DNA of 13,749 nucleotides from Myxococcota bacterium. GTDB lineage: Bacteria > Myxococcota_A > Polyangia > Polyangiales > Sandaracinaceae. The DNA is taken from positions 1 through 13,749 of the forward strand of contig JAYZQJ010000146.1 in assembly GCA_036149055.1 (NCBI GenBank), in the 5' to 3' direction. Every line of letters begins with the position of its first letter. The first letter of the stretch is position 1. Under the pieces are notes generated by a model. It had not been told where the DNA came from and made no database searches. It saw nothing but the letters and a program-made list of their open reading frames with translations. Of this stretch, positions 1 through 6,794 are shown piece by piece. A program made the translations under genes and the position numbers.

Positions 1-93
1 CAGCGCGCGAAGCGCGCGAGGCCCCGGCGGAGTCGGGAGGGGGGCCCCATTGGCGCTTCGCCCAATGGGGGGAGGGTTTGCACCAAACCCTCC
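1..93 (-). repeat. REP-like double-hairpin extragenic repeat, copy 1
   Basis: 24-93 is the exact 70-bp reverse complement of 13655-13724. It contains a 10-bp stem GGAGGGTTTG/CAAACCCTCC and a CCCCATTGG/CCAATGGGG stem. On the minus strand it begins 6 nt after the USP stop at 100. A GCGCGAAGCGC mini-hairpin at 5-15 resembles 13730-13741. Confidence 0.9.
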
Positions 94-99
94 GAGAAC

Positions 100-543
100 T
101 CAATGCACCGTGAGGACGGGGATGGGGCTGCGCTGCACGAGCTCCTGGGTAGTGCTGCCGAGGAGCAGGCGATCGACGGCGTTCTTGCCCGACGCGCCCA
201 CCACGAGGAGATCGGCGTCGCGCTCCAGGGCGAGCTCGATCAGCGCTTCGACCGTCTCGCCGTGCACCACGACCTGCCGCACGGCCTGCGCGTCGGGGCC
301 GAAGAGGTCGTCGACCTGCTCGTTCAGCTCCGACTTCAGCCACTCCATGCGGCGACCGCGCTCGCTGTCGGTCTGCCACTTGGCGGCGTCGTCCCGCAGC
401 GTCGTGTGCGCGAAGGGATCGGCGTCGACGTGCGCGACGAGGATCGCGGCGTCGAGCCGGGCGCGCAGCAGCCGCGCCCACTCGAGGGCGCGACGGGACG
501 GCTGGCTGAAGTCGGTGGCGACGAGGATCGATCGTGCGACCAA
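100..543 (-). CDS. Universal stress protein (UspA family), 147 aa
   Basis: N-terminal ILVATDFSQPSRRAL and ATP-binding motif G-AS-G-x9-GS (VGASGKNAVDRLLLGST), ending PIPVLTVH. TTG start with GGGGAGGG SD, 3 nt after the upstream USP stop. Confidence 0.93.
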   Translation of the reverse strand: MVARSILVATDFSQPSRRALEWARLLRARLDAAILVAHVDADPFAHTTLRDDAAKWQTDSERGRRMEWLKSELNEQVDDLFGPDAQAVRQVVVHGETVEALIELALERDADLLVVGASGKNAVDRLLLGSTTQELVQRSPIPVLTVH

Positions 544-546
544 GGC

Positions 547-987
547 TCAGCCCTCCCCGGTCGGCACGGTGATCACCGGGACCTTGCTGCTGCGCACGAC
601 GCGCTCGGCGACGCTCCCGAGCAGCAGGTGCTTGAGCCCCGTGCGCCCGTGGGTGCCCATGACGACCAGATCGGCGTCGAGCTCCTCGGTCATGCGCACG
701 ACCTCCTTGTAGGGGATGCCCTCGACGAGGTGCGTCTCGAGCTTCACCCCGGACTTGCGCGCGGAGAGCTCCTTGAGCGCCTTCTGCAGCTCGTCGGTGA
801 CCTTGGTGGTGAACTCGGGGCCCGCCATCATCGCGCCGTCGGGCAGCGCGTAGACCGGGAGCTGGTAGGCGTGGATCGCCTGCACGTCGGCGCCGAACTT
901 CGCCGCCAGCTCGATCGCGTAGTCGAGCGCCTTCTCGGACGGCTCGGAGAAGTCCACCGGGCAAATGATCCGTCGAATCTCGGGCAT
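547..987 (-). CDS. Universal stress protein (UspA family), 146 aa
   Basis: MPEIRRIICPVDFSEPSEKAL...DLVVMGTHGRTGLKHLLLGSVAERVVRSSKVPVITV. ATG at 987 with GGAGG SD at 1000-1004. The ORF-track extension to 1230 is not coding-like. Confidence 0.95.
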   Translation of the reverse strand: MPEIRRIICPVDFSEPSEKALDYAIELAAKFGADVQAIHAYQLPVYALPDGAMMAGPEFTTKVTDELQKALKELSARKSGVKLETHLVEGIPYKEVVRMTEELDADLVVMGTHGRTGLKHLLLGSVAERVVRSSKVPVITVPTGEG

Positions 988-1009
988 CGGGTCTCTCTTC
1001 CTCCGGTTC

Positions 1010-1043
1010 GCGCAGGCGGTGCGCCGTCGCGCAAAGGTTGCGT
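1010..1043. promoter_or_regulatory. Tandem GCGCA-N5-TGCGC palindromes, candidate enhancer (UAS) for the sigma54 activator
   Basis: GCGCA-GGCGG-TGCGC at 1010-1024 (perfect) and GCGCA-AAGGT-TGCGT at 1029-1043. A one-mismatch copy lies at 1146-1160, and the motif recurs at 6259-6273. Confidence 0.55.
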
Positions 1044-1099
1044 CGGTCCACGCCCCAGCCCCGCGTATTCGGGGCCAGAGGCGCTCGCCGCCCGTGCGC

Positions 1100-1115
1100 T
1101 GCACGTCTCGGACCA
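1100..1115 (-). promoter_or_regulatory. Possible sigma54 -24/-12 promoter for the usp-usp pair
   Basis: Minus strand TGGTCCG-AGAC-GTGCA fits GG-N10-GC spacing, about 100 nt upstream of the ATG at 987. Such spacing arises by chance in GC-rich DNA. Confidence 0.3.
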
Positions 1116-1192
1116 GGCGTCTGTCAACGCGAGCCCCACCCCGTCGCGCGTCGGTTGCGCACCGCAGCGCGGGCCCGCTCGGGGACGTCCCT

Positions 1193-1208
1193 AGGCCCGG
1201 GCCTTGCA
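1193..1208 (+). promoter_or_regulatory. Candidate sigma54 -24/-12 promoter for the two-kinase operon
   Basis: AGGCCCG-GGCC-TTGCA versus consensus TGGCACG-N4-TTGCW, with exact GG-N10-GC spacing, immediately upstream of the ATGs at 1224 and 1287. Confidence 0.5.
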
Positions 1209-1223
1209 GCCTCAATCGGGGCA

Positions 1224-2399
1224 ATGTCACTGCCTCGCCGCCAAGCCGCGCTCGACGCGCGCCCTCCGCTCGCCCAAGCTCGACTCATGGGGGGGACGGT
1301 CCGGCGTGACGCGCTGCTCGAGCGCGTCGACCTCGGCGACGTGGACGTGCTGGCGCGGCGCCCGGCGCTCGACGCGGTGCGGCGCGCGCTCGACGCGGTC
1401 GTCCGGGAGACCCGCCGCCTGCTCGCCGACGACCCGGCGGCGGTGGAGGAGCTCGGCGGAGACGCGTGGCTCGACCGGCGCGAGCGGGCGCTCCGCGACT
1501 GGCTCGAGGCGCTCCTGCTCTCGCCCCCCGACGCCGCCTGGGTGACCGGGCTGGAGCGACGACACGGCGCGCTGTCCCTCCCCCAGCGCTACGTGCTGCT
1601 GGTGATGAGCCGCGTCCGGGCCGGCCTGCACCGGGCGCTGGACGAGGTCGGCGACCGACGCGCGCACGCCGCCGTCGACGCCCGCTGTGATCTCGGGCTC
1701 GCGATCCTCGTCGACGCCTCGCGGGCGCGCGACGTCTCGCGAGAGCGGCTGGCGGCGCTCGGGCAGCTCGCCGCGTCCATCGGGCACGAGCTGCGCACGC
1801 CCCTGGCCACCATCCGGAGCTCGGCGTTCCTCGCCCGGGAGGACGGCGTGCTCGAGCCGCACCTCGACAAGATCGAGCGGCAGGCGATCCTCGCCGAGAA
1901 GATCATCACCGACATCCTCGAGATGGTGCGCGACGCGCCGCCCGCGCGGGCGCGCTTCGATCTCGTCGCGCTGCTCCACGAGGCCTGCGAGGCGGCCAAC
2001 GACGGCGGCTGCACCAAGCTGGTGGTGGAGGCGGGGGCCCACACCGTGCACGCCGACCGGGTGGCGATTCGCCAGCTGCTCATCAACCTGATCGACAACG
2101 CGCTGCGCTCGGCGCGGGGGCACCACCCCGAGGCCGGCGTCGAGGTCACCGCGCGGCCCGAGGGCGGCGACCTGGTGGTGCAGGTCCGCGATGGGGGCAG
2201 CGGCTTCCCGCGGCAGATCCTCGAGCGCCGCTTCGCCCCGCTCTCCTCGTCTCGCCCGGACGGGCTGGGGCTCGGGCTCGCGCTCTGTGCCCGGATCGCC
2301 GAGCGCCACGGCGGGAGCCTGCACGCCGAGAACCCACCCGAGGGCGGCGCCCTGGTGGTCGCGCGGATCGCCGACGCGATCGCGGAGCCGCCCCGATGA
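1224..2399 (+). CDS. Globin-coupled (protoglobin-like) sensor histidine kinase, AfGcHK/NmpU-like, with degenerate globin
   Basis: H-box RERLAALGQLAASIGHELRTPL, N-box NLIDNA, G1 VRDGGSG, G2 GLGLGL. The N-terminal ~150 aa follows the globin-coupled-sensor pattern (GGD...WLEALL..P.D...RRHGALSLPQRYV...DLGLAIL). Start uncertain: ATG 1224 or 1287. Confidence 0.88.
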   Translation: MSLPRRQAALDARPPLAQARLMGGTVRRDALLERVDLGDVDVLARRPALDAVRRALDAVVRETRRLLADDPAAVEELGGDAWLDRRERALRDWLEALLLSPPDAAWVTGLERRHGALSLPQRYVLLVMSRVRAGLHRALDEVGDRRAHAAVDARCDLGLAILVDASRARDVSRERLAALGQLAASIGHELRTPLATIRSSAFLAREDGVLEPHLDKIERQAILAEKIITDILEMVRDAPPARARFDLVALLHEACEAANDGGCTKLVVEAGAHTVHADRVAIRQLLINLIDNALRSARGHHPEAGVEVTARPEGGDLVVQVRDGGSGFPRQILERRFAPLSSSRPDGLGLGLALCARIAERHGGSLHAENPPEGGALVVARIADAIAEPPR

Positions 2400-3889
2400 G
2401 CCGCATCCTGGTGGTCGAGGACGACCGCGACCTCGCGGAGAACGTGCACCTGCTGATGCGGCGGCTCGGCGCGGTGGAGGTCTGCACCGACGCGGGGGCC
2501 GCGGCCGAGGCGGTGCGCGCGCGCCCCTTCGACCTCGCGCTGCTCGACGTCCGGCTCGCGTCCGACGGCGGGGAGTCGGGGCTGTCGCTCGTGCCCCTGC
2601 TGCGCGAGCTCTCCCCGGAGGGCGAGATCGTGCTCGTCACCGGCAACGCCACCCTCGACTCGGCCCTCGAGGCGGTGCGCCAGGGGGTCTTCGCCTACGT
2701 CCCGAAGCCCTTCGATCCCAAGGGCCTGCTCGCGCTGGCCGAGCGCGCCCTCGCGCAGGTGACGCTGCGCCGCGAGCGGGGCGCGCTCTCCCGCGAGCTG
2801 GCGCGCTCCGAGGCGCTGCACCGGGCCGTCTTCGACGCGGTCGACGAGCTGATCGTCGGCATCGACGCCGGCTCGCGCATCCGGCTCTGGAACCGCGCGG
2901 CCGCGGCGACCACCGGCTGGACGGCGGAGGAGGCGATGGACCAGCGCGCGGATCTCCTCCTGATCGATCCGCCGCAGCGGGCTCACTTCGCCCAGGCCGT
3001 CCAGAGCGCGAGCCGCGGCGAAGGGCTGGGCGCGTTCCGGCTGTACCTGCGCACGCGAGACGGCGACGCGCGGGTCGTGCAATGGACCGCGCGGCCGCTG
3101 AGCCTCGACGGCCCCGGGGCGCGCATGGTCGTGGTGGCGGGCACCGACGTCACCGAGCGCCTCGCGCTCGAGCGGCGCGCGGCCGACGCGGAGGCGATGG
3201 CGGCGATGGGGCGGCTCACCAGCGCCCTCGCCCACGAGATCCGCAACCCGATCAACGCGGCCAAGCTCCAGCTCGAGGTGCTCCGGCGCTCCGCCCGCAA
3301 GCTCGAGGGCGGCGCCGAGGTCATCCAGCGCCGGGTCGAGGTCATCGGGGACGAGCTCGCGCGCCTCTCGCACCTGCTCGACGACTTCATGGGCCTGGCG
3401 CGCCCGAAGCACCTGACCCTGCGCGCGGTGGAGCTGGGCGACGTGATCCTCGGCGTCGCCCACGTGCAGCGCCCGACCATCGAGGCCGCCGGCCTGACCC
3501 TCGAGGTCTCGCTCGGCGACGATCTCTGCCCGAGCTTCGCCGACGAGGGGCGCCTCAAGCAGGCGCTGGTGCACCTGGTCACCAACGCGATCGACGCCCT
3601 GCGGGAGCGCGGCCACGGCACCATTCGCCTGGCGGCGGAGCGGGACGGTCGCACGCAGGAGCTGCGGGTCGAGGACGACGGGCCCGGCCTCGACCAGCCC
3701 GGCGATCAGGCGGTCGCTCCCTTCGTGACCACGAAGAAGAGCGGCACCGGCCTCGGGCTGCCCTTCGCCAAGAAGATCACCGAGATGCACGGCGGCCAGC
3801 TGCTCATCGGCCCCCGCGACGGCGGCGGCACGATGGCCCGCATCCGGCTGCCGGTCATCGACGCCGACCACGTCCCCGACGAGAAGTGA
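2396..3889 (+). CDS. Hybrid sensor kinase REC-PAS-HisKA-HATPase (NmpS-like), 497 aa
   Basis: REC: ILVVEDD, LLD, VTG, KPF. PAS-like IVGIDAGSRIRLWNRAAAATTGWTAEEA...GTDVTER. H-box LAHEIRNP, LVTNAIDA, EDDGPG, FVTTKKSGTGLGL. ATGA overlap with the upstream kinase stop. Confidence 0.95.
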   Translation: MSRILVVEDDRDLAENVHLLMRRLGAVEVCTDAGAAAEAVRARPFDLALLDVRLASDGGESGLSLVPLLRELSPEGEIVLVTGNATLDSALEAVRQGVFAYVPKPFDPKGLLALAERALAQVTLRRERGALSRELARSEALHRAVFDAVDELIVGIDAGSRIRLWNRAAAATTGWTAEEAMDQRADLLLIDPPQRAHFAQAVQSASRGEGLGAFRLYLRTRDGDARVVQWTARPLSLDGPGARMVVVAGTDVTERLALERRAADAEAMAAMGRLTSALAHEIRNPINAAKLQLEVLRRSARKLEGGAEVIQRRVEVIGDELARLSHLLDDFMGLARPKHLTLRAVELGDVILGVAHVQRPTIEAAGLTLEVSLGDDLCPSFADEGRLKQALVHLVTNAIDALRERGHGTIRLAAERDGRTQELRVEDDGPGLDQPGDQAVAPFVTTKKSGTGLGLPFAKKITEMHGGQLLIGPRDGGGTMARIRLPVIDADHVPDEK

Positions 3890-3892
3890 TCG

Positions 3893-5305
3893 TCAGCCGA
3901 CCTCGGCCCACTCCTTGAGGCGGTACTGGATCTTGCGGCGGCTGATGCCGAGGATCTCGGCGGCCTTCGCGGTCGACCCGTTGACCGCCTCGAGCGTCTT
4001 CTCGATGGCCATGCGCTCGAGCTCCGCCATCGTGACGCCGGGGATCATCAGCCCGAGGCCGTCCCCGGGGCGCGTCTCCTTGCCGGCGCCGGGCAGCAGG
4101 GTCGCGTCGATCTCCGCCTCCGTGCAGAGGACGACCGCCCGCTCGATGGCGTTCTCGAGCTCGCGCACGTTGCCCGGCCACGGGTAGGCGAGGAGCGCGC
4201 GCATCGCGTCGTCGGTGAAGCCGCGCACGTCGCGATCGTTCTTGTCGGCCATGCGCCGCAGGAAGTGCATCGCGAGCAGCGGGACATCGCTCTTGCGGGC
4301 CCGGAGCGGCGGGACGTCGAGCCGGATGACGTTGAGGCGATAGTAGAGGTCCTCGCGGAAGCTGCCGTGCGAGACCGACTCCACGAGATCCCGGTTGGTG
4401 GCGGCGACGATGCGCACGTCCACCCGGATGGTCTCGTTGCCGCCGACGCGCTCGAACTCCTTCTCCTGCAGGAACCGAAGGAGCTTCACCTGGAGCGGCA
4501 GCGGGATCTCGCTCACCTCGTCGAGGAAGAGCGTGCCCCCGTCGGCCTGCTCGAAGCGCCCCTCCCTGCGCCCCACCGCGCCGGTGAACGAGCCCCGCTC
4601 GTGCCCGAAGAGCTCCGACTCGAGCAGCGTCTCGGCGAGCGCGGCGCAGTTGAGCCGGACGAACGGCCCCGCTCGTCGCTTGCTGTTCTGATGGATGGCG
4701 GCGGCGATGAGCTCCTTGCCGGTGCCGCTCTCCCCGTGCACGAGCACCGAGGCCTGGCTCGTCGCCACCTGGGCCACCATCTTGAGCATGCGCTGCATCG
4801 ACGGGTGGTCGCCGATGATCTGCCCGAACGCGAAGCGCTCGTCGAGGCGCTCCCGCAGCGTCGCCGCCTCCGAGGCCAGCTTGGCCTTCTCCATCGCCCG
4901 GCCGACCAGCGCGCTGAGCGCGTCGAGGTCGAGCGGCTTGGTGAGGTAGTTCTCGGCGCCGCGCTTGATCGCCTCCACCGCGGTGTCGATGGACCCGAAG
5001 GCGGTCATCACCACGAACGCGGTGGTGGGCGACAGCTCCCGGCCCCGCTCGAGCAGCTCGAGCCCGTCCATGCGCGGCATCTTGAGATCGGTGAGGACCA
5101 CGTCGGGCTCGAAGCGAGCCATCACGCGCAGCGCCTCGGCGCCGTCGCCGGCGGTCGTGGTCGCGTAGCCCTCCTCGCCGAGCAGATCGTCGAGCGCGTC
5201 GCGCGCGTTCTGCTCGTCGTCGACGATGAGGATCTTCCCCCGGCTCCTCCCCATGACACGAGGAGCATGCGATGAGCTGGGGTCGGTCGCCAAGGCGAGG
5301 GCCAT
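3893..5305 (-). CDS. Sigma54-dependent Fis-family response regulator (REC-AAA+-HTH; NtrC/NmpR-like)
   Basis: KILIVDDE, LTDLKMP, Walker A GESGTGKE, ESELFGHERGSFTGA (GAFTGA variant), Walker B LFLDEV, FREDLYYRLNV, WPGNVRELEN and HTH AAEILGISRRKIQYRLKE. Alternative start at 5254. Confidence 0.96.
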   Translation of the reverse strand: MALALATDPSSSHAPRVMGRSRGKILIVDDEQNARDALDDLLGEEGYATTTAGDGAEALRVMARFEPDVVLTDLKMPRMDGLELLERGRELSPTTAFVVMTAFGSIDTAVEAIKRGAENYLTKPLDLDALSALVGRAMEKAKLASEAATLRERLDERFAFGQIIGDHPSMQRMLKMVAQVATSQASVLVHGESGTGKELIAAAIHQNSKRRAGPFVRLNCAALAETLLESELFGHERGSFTGAVGRREGRFEQADGGTLFLDEVSEIPLPLQVKLLRFLQEKEFERVGGNETIRVDVRIVAATNRDLVESVSHGSFREDLYYRLNVIRLDVPPLRARKSDVPLLAMHFLRRMADKNDRDVRGFTDDAMRALLAYPWPGNVRELENAIERAVVLCTEAEIDATLLPGAGKETRPGDGLGLMIPGVTMAELERMAIEKTLEAVNGSTAKAAEILGISRRKIQYRLKEWAEVG

Positions 5306-5319
5306 GATGCACCCCCCGC

Positions 5320-6147
5320 TCAGGCCACCGCGTCGTGCTCGCCGAGCGCCTGGCGCAGCTTCTGCCGCGCGCGGAGCTCGATCTGGCGGACACGCTCACG
5401 TGAGAGGCCCATCTTCGTACCGATGTTGGCGAGCGTCTCCTTGTCGTCGTGGAGGAGGCGCTTCTCGACGATGAGGCGCTCGCGAGCGTCGAGGTGCTCG
5501 AGGGCGGCCGCGATCGAGGCCTCGTTCATGCGATGGATCTCGTTGGCCGACGCCTGCTCCTCGGGCGAGGCGCCGAACGAGGGCAGATCGACGACGTGAC
5601 CGTCTTCGGTCGGCCCGATGGAGACGTCGCGCCCGCTCAGCGCGGCCTCCACCATCGCGACCTCCTCCGCCGTGACGTCGAGCGCCCGCGCGACCTGCTC
5701 CCGCGTCGGCGGCGCGCCGAGCTGCGCCGAGAGCTTGCGCTGCGTCTGGCGCAGCGAGCTGAGCAGCCGCCGTCCGTTGCGGGTGGAGGGCGCCCCGACG
5801 ATGCGCCGGTTGGCGATGGTGAAGCGCCGGATCAGCGCCCGGACCCACCACGCGGCGTAGGTCGAGAAGCGCGTGCCCTTGCTCCGGTCGAAGCGGCGCG
5901 CGGCCTCGACCAGGCCGAGGTTGCCCTCCGCGACCAGGTCCTCGAGGCCGATGCCGTGCCCGGTGTACTTCTGGGCCACCGACAGCACGAGCCTGAGGTG
6001 CGAGACGAGCAGCGCGTTGAGCGCCACCGGGTCGTCGGACTCCTGGATCCGCCGCAGGTAATCGCGCTCCGTCTCGGCGTCGAGCATCGGCGCCTCGATC
6101 GCCGCGCGGCGAATGCGTCCGGCCATCCCATCGTAGCGAGCTGCCAT
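5320..6147 (-). CDS. Sigma70-family group 3 sigma factor, RpoH/sigma32-like, 275 aa
   Basis: Region 1.2 APMLDAETE, region 2 LVSHLRLV...DLVAEGNLGLVEAARRFD...RFSTYAAWWVRA, region 4 TLANIGTKMGLSRERVRQIE. RpoH box degenerate (NGRRLLSSLR). ATG 6147 with GGGAGG SD at 6154-6159. Confidence 0.92.
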   Translation of the reverse strand: MAARYDGMAGRIRRAAIEAPMLDAETERDYLRRIQESDDPVALNALLVSHLRLVLSVAQKYTGHGIGLEDLVAEGNLGLVEAARRFDRSKGTRFSTYAAWWVRALIRRFTIANRRIVGAPSTRNGRRLLSSLRQTQRKLSAQLGAPPTREQVARALDVTAEEVAMVEAALSGRDVSIGPTEDGHVVDLPSFGASPEEQASANEIHRMNEASIAAALEHLDARERLIVEKRLLHDDKETLANIGTKMGLSRERVRQIELRARQKLRQALGEHDAVA

Positions 6148-6171
6148 CACGAACCTCCCGCCCTCTCGTTG

Positions 6172-6187
6172 AGCAGCGGCCGTGCCA
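6172..6187 (-). promoter_or_regulatory. Sigma54 -24/-12 promoter for the sigma factor-NtrC operon
   Basis: Minus strand TGGCACG-GCCG-CTGCT, a near-perfect consensus. Predicted start near 6161, just upstream of the SD. Confidence 0.75.
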
Positions 6188-6229
6188 GCCGTCCCGAGCC
6201 TGTGATTCGCGAGGCGGGACGCGTTCTCG

Positions 6230-6273
6230 GCGCATCGGTTTCGTTCGCGACGAGGCGAACGCACAATCTGCGC
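6230..6273. promoter_or_regulatory. GCGCA-N5-TGCGC-type sites, candidate UAS
   Basis: ACGCA-CAATC-TGCGC at 6259-6273 and a weaker GCGCA-TCGGT-TTCGT at 6230-6244. They lie about 70-110 bp upstream of the predicted sigma54 start, a typical enhancer distance. Confidence 0.5.
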
Positions 6274-6332
6274 GTCGATTGTCCTGGCGTCCGGGCCGTG
6301 CGAGCGTAGGTGTCCCCAACGAGGAGCTATCG

Positions 6333-6794
6333 ATGGCCTTTGCGACCCACATCCTGATCCCCACGGACTTCTCGGACGCCTCTCACCTCGCCATCGACGC
6401 GGGTGGCGTGCTGGCGGCGCAGCTCGGCGCGAAGGTGACCCTCGTGCACGTGCACGACCCCGACGCCCTGCACCCGCCGGCGACCATCGGCTGGAGCCCG
6501 AAGCAGCAGGACGACCTCGACGCGGAGATCACCGACGCGGTCGCCAAGGGCCTCGACGACCTGCGCCGCTCCCGGCTGAAGACGCTGGAGAACGTGGAGA
6601 CGGTGATCCTCCACGACCCGTCGGCGTCGCAGGCGATCTGCAAGTACGCCGAGAAGATCGGCGCCGATCTGATCGTGCTCGCGACCCACGGACGCACCGG
6701 GCTGAAGCACCTCCTCATCGGCAGCGTGGCCGAGCGCGTCGTCCGCCACTCCCACGTCCCCGTCCTCACGCTCCGCTCGCACGCGGAGGATTGA
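6333..6794 (+). CDS. Universal stress protein (UspA family), 153 aa
   Basis: HILIPTDFSDASHLA...DLIVLATHGRTGLKHLLIGSVAERVVRHSHVPVLTL. GAGGAG SD at 6321-6326 before ATG 6333. Confidence 0.95.
   Translation: MAFATHILIPTDFSDASHLAIDAGGVLAAQLGAKVTLVHVHDPDALHPPATIGWSPKQQDDLDAEITDAVAKGLDDLRRSRLKTLENVETVILHDPSASQAICKYAEKIGADLIVLATHGRTGLKHLLIGSVAERVVRHSHVPVLTLRSHAED

Noticed and set aside
71..93. Repeat hairpins as classical intrinsic terminators
   Set aside because: The stems are strong but no U-tract follows in gene orientation, so they are recorded as repeats rather than terminators.
50..712. ORFs starting MALRPMGGGFAPNPP (50-712 + and 12655-13698 -)
   Set aside because: The shared peptide is simply the translated repeat, and the rest is antisense to the USP and HDOD genes.
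1012..1026. Minus-strand GG-N10-GC (CGGCGCACCGCCTGC) as the USP sigma54 promoter
   Set aside because: The predicted start near 1000 would cut off the GGAGG SD. The match is better explained by the overlapping palindrome.
4575..4600. GSFTGA instead of GAFTGA as a sign of an inactive activator
   Set aside because: GSFTGA is a common functional variant, and the other AAA+ motifs are intact.
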